IMG/VR virus record: IMGVR_UViG_3300042296_000383
Span: 660 to 64,659 of that record
Source: a virus
Taxonomy: Duplodnaviria > Caudoviricetes
Length of the DNA stretch: 64,000 nucleotides
Strand: one strand, 5' to 3'
Of the stretch, positions 16,701 to 23,900 are shown in pieces (positions within the stretch are counted from its first letter, which is position 1; each line of letters opens with the position of its first letter). Under the pieces are notes generated by a model, which worked only from the letters and a program-made list of their open reading frames with translations, was not told the origin of the DNA and ran no database searches. Position numbers and translations under genes: made by a program.

Positions 16701-17949
16701 CAAAGAGTGATCCAAGGAAGTCGCGGATCTTCTGGATCATGTTCCTGTTCTTACGGGCAAAGCTCGCGTCCTGAATCATGTTGGCCATCGCCTGATTGAT
16801 GACGTCCTCCATCTCAGTGAACCTGTTGGTGGCCTGCACCTCGTCTATGTAAGACTTGTTCTCTGGCTTCATGATCTCAGCCTTGAACGCCTTGTATATG
16901 GCAGGGTCAACCTTCTCTGCTATCTTCAACCATAGCGAAGACATCGCCGCTAGGGGTGTGCTGCTATTCATTGACGCAGGGTTGATGTATATGTTACCCG
17001 ACTCTATGACCGCGATGACGTTGTCGAACGTGTCGTACACATTAACCGCGTCAGGGTTAGATGCCGCCGCAGTATACTGCGCCTGGTTAACCGAGATTGA
17101 TAGGTCTGGGAATTTCTTTGACATCATATCAAACACCACACCCGACGCTCCCGCGCTTGAGGATGATCCCCTGCTTGACTTGGTCTTTATCTTTCTGTTC
17201 TGCTTGAGTGCTGTGTACTCTGGGTTGCTGAACACTACCGTGTTGCCGACAACCTTCTCTATAAGTATAGGCTTCTGTGGCTTGATAGACTCGGCACGTA
17301 ATGCCTTGCCGCTTCTTAGCTTCCAGTCAGCCACGACCATCTCAAATCCTTTGTCTGCCGCCACCTTGCCTACCCATCCGACCTGCTCGTTGAAGTCGAA
17401 CGATCTTGTAGGGTGCGCCTTCCTGAACTCCTTCTCTGCCTTTGGTAAAAGGTTTAGCGGGTCCTCGTTGAACGGGTACACCTTGTCCTTCGGCACGAGC
17501 ACCGCGTGCTTGAAGCCTCCGGTGAATGACTCTGCTATGTCCGGGTCGGTGTAGTACATGCTCGCCTTCATCGTGCGAGACGCCTCGTCCCTTCCTGTTG
17601 CCCTGTTCTTTCCTAAGAACTTAGGGTCTATCTTCTTTTTAGTAAGGTCCTGGTCGCTGTAGTGGTAGAACACATAGTTCCCCTTGCCATCCTCGACCAT
17701 CATGTTGTTCTTCTTGGTACCGAACACGTGGTTCTTGCTCGACTTAGCCTTGATAGGCGGGAGAGAAGACTTCTTAGGCGCGGCCTCCGTGACCGGCTGA
17801 GACTTTAACATCTCTGGCATCTCGCCTTTCATCTTGCTAGGGTCTAACACCCCGGCAGATATAAGGTTGACAACCTCGCCGTTGTGCAGCATGGTCGCAA
17901 ACTTTTCGAACGAGTGCTCCTCGCCTTTGTACTTTACCTTACAAGCCAT
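13702..17949 (-). CDS. Giant polyvalent, probably ejected virion protein C (1415 aa)
   Basis: N-terminal Cys module; possible ADP-ribosyltransferase-like segment (YVFYHYS); degenerate zincin-like segment; long helical C-terminal part. Confidence 0.7.
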   Translation of the reverse strand: MACKVKYKGEEHSFEKFATMLHNGEVVNLISAGVLDPSKMKGEMPEMLKSQPVTEAAPKKSSLPPIKAKSSKNHVFGTKKNNMMVEDGKGNYVFYHYSDQDLTKKKIDPKFLGKNRATGRDEASRTMKASMYYTDPDIAESFTGGFKHAVLVPKDKVYPFNEDPLNLLPKAEKEFRKAHPTRSFDFNEQVGWVGKVAADKGFEMVVADWKLRSGKALRAESIKPQKPILIEKVVGNTVVFSNPEYTALKQNRKIKTKSSRGSSSSAGASGVVFDMMSKKFPDLSISVNQAQYTAAASNPDAVNVYDTFDNVIAVIESGNIYINPASMNSSTPLAAMSSLWLKIAEKVDPAIYKAFKAEIMKPENKSYIDEVQATNRFTEMEDVINQAMANMIQDASFARKNRNMIQKIRDFLGSLFGSDRDFMKMKAKDLAEVIAKDLEGNFPISTITSSQLDNLDTEAAKVSIAGGVMDFNATGIGSRYVGNSKNWLVPQRFSSVKSFLSYWFGKGFHSEIRDMNKVTENSIKKRMREMQGTAKRFSAQFKKEFKGKTQAEIDAAINHINGLLTGKVQPSTSNIISDDLQDIVLGMRQDIDYMSGEVQAYVDPTSNLYGAISNNLGVYMNRSYAAFSNGSWNKAMFPKGLSTAAGQADRSPKMQALYDAAFNFLQSQYPDLDLGSIDSMLAAMAKVDTGLDLAEFIKTGGKMGKAMDDMLKKRKDIPDVLRAFLGEYTDPMTNFYNTMANMIHFAENKKFLTGVAAMGKDKIFFDTKSSEFGEQIKGNKNQYDPLMGMYTTPEIADMLGRVDTTVKFDVLRKIAAAWKMGQTILSPRANVRNFYSNIVMPLANGHMYSLFTKMPKGFKYGFKELGKADDQYLLDLIEAGVIGSGVDASVMRKVIEEAYGAVDITIDPMENSKNMTNRVKAVLSKTKSFAISWYEMMDNIHRVVQYEAELADVKFMFPSKSKAEQRDIAVSRFKETNIVYDNAPEIVKRLSASPLLGTFPTFVAEAMRISVTIPLRAVKDINEGAASKNKRQAAIGMKRLVSYGAAVVAVNTITQLIASAFGAPEEDDDDERVIYEGSPKYSRNNTKIIVKKTPRGYSMVDLDWMNPFNFMTKAYNAYSSTGEFRPDESKAGAAMGELLQPFFGEEAVLSVARDVLTNRDSRGGQISSVNDDLLQYAANVGLYVFDRSKPGFIRSVQDIAKATDVDKQYEGDSYKRDVNDELVRHLLGTNVISVDVIRAFGKNVADDFAPSMKDFIQEFKDKEYEAKQVIDKLDYEVSVGKKTKAERDAEVEEILNGIKDHAISRNQDMVTKQVAMNKYAHSLIKVATKGLPVDEQVKVVEEIMSRYEYSIGQNITMNQGFKVKKAIELGNIFGGEYYIYDMGESAYNEMGFVSDETSTAKEKYINYLVANSINE

Positions 17950-17952
17950 GTA

Positions 17953-18456
17953 TTATCCGAATAGGTTTTCTTCCAACATAAGTAACTCAAACTTGCTGCC
18001 GGTGTTCACACCGAGCAACTTGTTTATCATGTCGCTGTACTCAGCAACCGCCTCCTTCTGTTTAACTCTATAGTCCTGCAGGAAATCAAAGACGCACAGG
18101 TCGCCGATCTTAAATATCTTGGCGCTGGTGTCCTCGTAATCCTCGTACAGTGCGTACTCGATATCATAAGCCTTGCCTATGATGTCTGTCAATCCCATGA
18201 ACATTAGGGTAGGCTTCTCGATAACCGGCAAGTCTGGGATCACGTTCCAGTCCACGAGGTAGTCCTCGATCTTCTTGGCGTGAGCCAACTCGTCCGCGCT
18301 CTCCTTGGCAAAGAACTCGGCGGCCTTCATGAAGCCCACGTTCTTGCACCAGTTAGATGCTGATCGGTAGAAGTAGTAGGCTTTGAACTCGTCGCTTAGC
18401 CTTGGTAGTAGGAGACTGATGACCTCCTCTGGTAGTTGTACTGGGGTTGGTAGCAT
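17953..18456 (-). CDS. Ferritin-like protein
   Basis: DEFKAYYFY...FFAKESADELAHAKKI...IEYAL...QKE ferroxidase-centre pattern. Confidence 0.85.
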   Translation of the reverse strand: MLPTPVQLPEEVISLLLPRLSDEFKAYYFYRSASNWCKNVGFMKAAEFFAKESADELAHAKKIEDYLVDWNVIPDLPVIEKPTLMFMGLTDIIGKAYDIEYALYEDYEDTSAKIFKIGDLCVFDFLQDYRVKQKEAVAEYSDMINKLLGVNTGSKFELLMLEENLFG

Positions 18457-18463
18457 ATCTTTT

Positions 18464-20929
18464 TTATATTGGACACTGGTCGTTTTTAGACGCCAGCCCT
18501 TTGTCTTCTAATTGTTTGTAAATGTACGACATATTATCAATTATATATTTAGCGGACGGGCTGTCTGCTAATATATTTTTCAGGTCCTCGTTAGCCTTAC
18601 GCTTCTTTGCTCCCCCTTCTGCCGCCTTCATCTTGTTGTACCCCTTCTCGTACTGCTTGAACTTATCCTCCACGAGGGATTGTTGTCCTGCTTTATCATT
18701 GTTTTTGACATAGGCTTCTGCTTGTTTTTTTGACATATAAGCATAGTCTGCACCAGCATCTTCGTTCCACTCAGATTCAAACCCAAAATTATTTGTTAAA
18801 TTATTTAAAAGATTTTTATTTGTAACTTCTAACCTGATTTGTTCCAAATCACTCTTAACAAAATCTCTAATCATACCGTCTATCAACTTCTTAGATAGTC
18901 CTTTATTTCTTTCGGATTTGTCTACTGCCATATCTGCCTTGTATTCAAAATCACTATCTTCCAAAGTTAAAGCAGCAACAACTTTTCCTTTTTCAACTAT
19001 AACCAATCTTGGTTCCCCATAGGTAATTACGTTAGAAGAAACTAAATCTTTTGCTTCTTTGTAGTATTGCGATTTTTTATCTATGATCTCCACGTCTACC
19101 TTATCGGGTATAATCTGGCTAGCATCCTGCGTATCTGTACCCGCTTGGGTACCTTTCAGCATGCCCTCAATATCGGGTAGCTTACCCATAGAGAGATCCT
19201 CTGCAATAGAGGCAAGCTGCTCGGGCGTGAAGTTGATAGGGTTCTTACCGTCCGATCCCGTCTTTATATTCTCATAAGAGTCGAGATCAAATAAAGACTC
19301 CTGGCCTGCAAGCTTACCGAACTCTAGCGCCACGTCGCGGTGCTCTCTCGGGATCACGATGTTCAGATCGTATGACACCTCTGGGCGGTCCGGGAATTTG
19401 TATAGCCCTATCTTGAAGATGTCGCTGGAGATGTTGCCCTCGTTTTGTTTTAAGAAATCATACAGCCCCTCTGCGGTAACCTGTCCCTGTCCAACGTTCA
19501 CCGAGGTGGCCGGGACAACAAGCCCACCATCCTCGTACACTGTACCGTCAAGGTTGAGCGTCGCACCGTCCTCACTAGTCGCCGCCTTGATCTTATCAAT
19601 TGTCTCGGCAACGTTGCCAGAGAACTGCTCTGGACTTGCGGACACACGGCTCTTTGTTTTTATACCTGCTTTAATAAATGGCACTTGCCCGTGACCAGCC
19701 TTACCTAATGCAGATCTCTCTTCCATCTCTGATAGAGGTGTGCCTTTAGAGTCTGTCATAAAATCTAAAAAGTTCAGCCTGTCCTTAAGCATGTGTACTT
19801 TAACCCGCTGACCATCCTGTGTTTTCATAACGCCAGCGTAAGCAATGTGACGCCTTTCGCTAGGATCTTTAGACGACTCATCTTCTAGTTTTAACTTAGA
19901 AGGAATTTCAATAACCGCGTAAGCAGATTGAGACGGCACTTCAGAAATGAAACCCTCTTCTTGATTCTTACCAAAGCTGTCTATTATATCCTCTTTATTT
20001 TTAAGAGGGAATCCCAATTTATTACCTAACGATTCAAAGTTTATAAGATTTCCGTTTGATTTTTTATCAAATATATTCCTTATCAAGTTTGTAACAACTT
20101 GCTTTCTCTTTTCAAAAGATGAAAACTCAGCTTTCATGAACAAATCTTTAATCGATTTGTGCATATCTTTTCCGCTGATGTTCATTGGAAATAAATCCTT
20201 ACCAGTGTATCCACTTGTTTTAACAGCGCTTGACATCGCGTTCCTAAAAACGGATAACGGAATATCCCCGTCTTCCACCATGTAAGCTATTGTGTCTACA
20301 GTTGCAATCATTCCATCAACACTGCTGAGAACCTTCCTGTTAGACCCCTTGCTAACAACCACATACGCAGGAGATCCGTTCTTATCGATGGCATCATTTA
20401 TTTGTTTGATTATACTTCTGGCAATTTGAGGGGTGGATGCCCAAAAAGTACCGTCGTCATTAAATTTAACAGCGAAGTATATTCCGCCATTACCCTGAAG
20501 CACAACTCTGTCCTTGCTTTCTTTTGGCTGTTTAGTTTTCTCGTCGTAAACTATTTCTTTACCATAGGATAAATCGCCTACCATTTTATTGTCGGGAACC
20601 ATCGTAAAAACATTATCAGACCCAGCAAATGAAAACACATCAGCGTTATCTACAATGTAACCCTCTTCCCTTAACTTATCTAACTTAGTTTTACCTTGCT
20701 CATCGGTTAGATCAGCAAATAAGTTTACATTAAACTTACCGCCTACAGAGGATTTTGCTTTAAAAGTTTTTACAGTATTAACTACCTCCCTTCCTTCCTG
20801 CGCCTCAACCTTTGGAGTTTGGTCATACTCGGCAAGTATATTCCTGTACTCACCGCCCGCAAGCAAGGCCATGAACTCTTCTTTAGTGTAGGTCTTGTTG
20901 TTGTATATGTACTTACATCCCTTCGGCAT
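18464..20929 (-). CDS. Polyvalent protein B (821 aa) with C-terminal GNAT acetyltransferase
   Basis: MAVDKSERNKGLSKKLI motif A and LEV...FGF; Cys modules at both termini. Confidence 0.7.
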   Translation of the reverse strand: MPKGCKYIYNNKTYTKEEFMALLAGGEYRNILAEYDQTPKVEAQEGREVVNTVKTFKAKSSVGGKFNVNLFADLTDEQGKTKLDKLREEGYIVDNADVFSFAGSDNVFTMVPDNKMVGDLSYGKEIVYDEKTKQPKESKDRVVLQGNGGIYFAVKFNDDGTFWASTPQIARSIIKQINDAIDKNGSPAYVVVSKGSNRKVLSSVDGMIATVDTIAYMVEDGDIPLSVFRNAMSSAVKTSGYTGKDLFPMNISGKDMHKSIKDLFMKAEFSSFEKRKQVVTNLIRNIFDKKSNGNLINFESLGNKLGFPLKNKEDIIDSFGKNQEEGFISEVPSQSAYAVIEIPSKLKLEDESSKDPSERRHIAYAGVMKTQDGQRVKVHMLKDRLNFLDFMTDSKGTPLSEMEERSALGKAGHGQVPFIKAGIKTKSRVSASPEQFSGNVAETIDKIKAATSEDGATLNLDGTVYEDGGLVVPATSVNVGQGQVTAEGLYDFLKQNEGNISSDIFKIGLYKFPDRPEVSYDLNIVIPREHRDVALEFGKLAGQESLFDLDSYENIKTGSDGKNPINFTPEQLASIAEDLSMGKLPDIEGMLKGTQAGTDTQDASQIIPDKVDVEIIDKKSQYYKEAKDLVSSNVITYGEPRLVIVEKGKVVAALTLEDSDFEYKADMAVDKSERNKGLSKKLIDGMIRDFVKSDLEQIRLEVTNKNLLNNLTNNFGFESEWNEDAGADYAYMSKKQAEAYVKNNDKAGQQSLVEDKFKQYEKGYNKMKAAEGGAKKRKANEDLKNILADSPSAKYIIDNMSYIYKQLEDKGLASKNDQCPI

Positions 20930-20941
20930 ACTTGTATCTTT

Positions 20942-23900
20942 TTAGAGTTCGCAATTTACTTTTAATTTCCCTTCCTTCACCATAGCCCTCTCAATTTTAT
21001 CAAAGTTATCCATGATAAAGTCTAGGTCAGGGTTGGTCGCCGCGATCTGGTCGCGTAACCTGCCCGCCATGATCCTGTCGTCAACGCTCATAGCTGATGC
21101 CTGTGCCGCGTCGACGGCTGCTATCTGTGATGCAGACTTTCTAGACTGCTCCCTAACCTTGGCTCTGCTAACCGGCTTTGACTTTGCCAACTCCTTGGCG
21201 CGTTCCTTTGCCAATCTCTTGCCTGCCTGTAGGTCGATAGCTCTGCCGGCAGCTAGTCCAGACGCCATCGCGTTGATGAACTCTACCACGTCCTTCTTTG
21301 TGGCGCGGTCGCTGAACACGTTCATGCCGGTCACCGACTGGAACACGCTGTTCATTATGTCCTTGAATTTGTCGACAAGGGTGGTCGGAAGTTCAAGCTC
21401 TTTATCCGTCACCGCAAGCTGTGCGGTAAGCTCTGTTATGAACTCCTCGGGAGATGATTCTTCGTTGTAGCTTTCTTCTGCCCACTTCTTCAGTCTGTCG
21501 ATATTAGATCCCTTAAACATCTCAAGGATCTTGTCCCTAAACTTAATGTAAACCTCTGGGTCTTGGCCGAACACCTCGAGCAATACGTTGTGCACAAACT
21601 CGTGCGGTGCTGTGGCAGCGTCAGCGTTCTCCATGTTGAGGTATATACCGTTCACGTTCCCATCCTCGTCGTAAGCGAACGCCCCGTTCTCCCTTGGATC
21701 AAAGTCTTTGTTCCTGCCCTGAGCCACTAATGCGTCATGCATCTCTCTTGCTGTCTCGAACACAAACACTGGTGTGTCCTTGCTAAAAGTTTTTCTGAAT
21801 GCGCGTGCCGCCTTGTCTAGATATTCGAGCGTTGCCATTCCCGGCTTTCCCTTGTATTTATTTTTAAGTTCAGTCCTGCGAGATGGCGTATACTCACCCG
21901 GTCTAGTAGTCGTCGTCTCTACTACAATTTGCTGAGCTGGAGCTAAAGTTAAAGTTGTGGCTGGCTGAGACGCCTGCTCCATAGCCTCCTTCTCATCACG
22001 CACTATACGGACAGCCTCCTCTGGGGTGGCGCCTGACTGCACAAAGGCTGTAGCCGTGTCGAGGTCGTCGCCCTCAAGCGTGTCGTCAAACTCTACCACA
22101 GATGCCATGGCGTCATCGTATGCCGCCGCGTTGTCCGTCTCCTCCTCTATCGTGATGGCGGGTGCGCCGTCGAAGTCTACTTCTTGCGTGCCTTGAACCA
22201 CTCCACCTGTCGTAGCCGCTTCTGTGCCTGTTCCTTGGTTAGATTGGTCTTGGATAGGGGCTTGTTGTCCTCCGACACCACCTGGTACCCCTTGCTTGTT
22301 TTTCGTATCATCTGTCTTTAAATTTGGTTGTTCTACATTAAACTCTTTGCTTTCATACTTGAGGCCCATGTTACCGCTGAGGTTTTCGTCCATAATAGAC
22401 AGGGTGTCGCCGTTCGGTAGCTTCATGTTGGCTACGTTGTTCTGGTCAGGCGCCCATGATGGGTTGCTCTCTGTGTTAACGAACTCGGCATTAGAGTCGA
22501 TGTCCTCCTGAGATCCTACAACCACAATACCCTTGCGGCCTGCCCTGTTGTTGGTTCCCTTTGGGACAAACACGTAGTTACCTTCGGGTATAATGTCACC
22601 GACGTTGTCGACCATCTTACCATCAGACATCTTCATCGTGCCCTTCATCCCGTTGTAAGCTACATCTATTCCTTCTAAGGCTACTGTCCTTACTGGGCTG
22701 GATACTCGCTCATTTAGTACTTTATTTTCTTCTACAGAAAGAGCATCGGCTACGGTTTCAGTAATAGCCGCCTTATTTCCTCTTGTTAGAATCGGCAAGT
22801 CAATTTCAACCGTTCCATTCCTCCAATAAATATTTGAACTACTAAGACCTAAAGACTCCATATATGGGGTTAGTGCTTGTCTTACTATGTCAAACTCTTG
22901 GTTATTTTTAACTTCAATAACATCAAAATCCCCCGCTTTTACATCAATCCCTAACTCATTTACTATCGCGTCACCGTTAATAGCAACTCTATTTGTTTTT
23001 AATTTACCATTTTCATCATATTGCAAGTCGTACCCTCTACTTAATTGTTGTTCCCAAACTCTTAGTCCGTCAGTAGATATGCTAGTTTTTTCAGTATATT
23101 CGTGTCCTTCGGGAAGTCTTGCTTGAACTTCTGAAATCATTGTTTTGAAATTACCCTTATTCCTAGATTGATTTTCAAACTTTGAACTCCATTTATTTGT
23201 TGGCTTTCCATCTTCGTATAATCTATAAAACCCAACAAAATCGTGGTCTGAAACACCACTTGTTACAACATCAACAACACCCGTGTTAGGGTTTGAAAAC
23301 TCAACCACATCAATACCGTTTACAATATTATGATTTGATATGACGGAGTTTATGCCGCTACCACCTAATTCATTAGCAAAAACACCTACACCCTCAAACA
23401 AAGTAGGATTAAGCATTTGAGCCATAAAGTCGCGTTGCTCAACGGTATTGTTTTCGTTATTAATTATTTCGTTGCCTACAACCACTTCATTAACAACGCC
23501 ATTCTCAACTACAGCTCCCTCAGCTGACTCCTGAGTTGCGGTCTCCTTAATAATCTTATCCTCCTCGTATATAGACATCACCTCCTTGTCGATGTTGTCG
23601 ATATCTTCCTTGTCAAGGGGAAGCAACCCTGTCTCCTTGCGTGCGTCTACGATACTCTTTTTTAATTGGAGTAGGTTAAACACCCTGTCCTTGTTGTCCC
23701 CAGTAAGCTCTGCATATGACGGTATATTGTTTAGCTCCTTGGCTAGATTAGTAAGCTCTCCGAGATCCTTCATCTCCTCTACCGTGGCACCAGAGTTTGC
23801 CCAATCCACCTGAATATCGGCGCCGTTCTCCCCCATGTTTCTTAAGGTCGCCTGCTCCTGTGGTGTTCTGTAATTGATACCAAACTTCATCACGCCCAAG

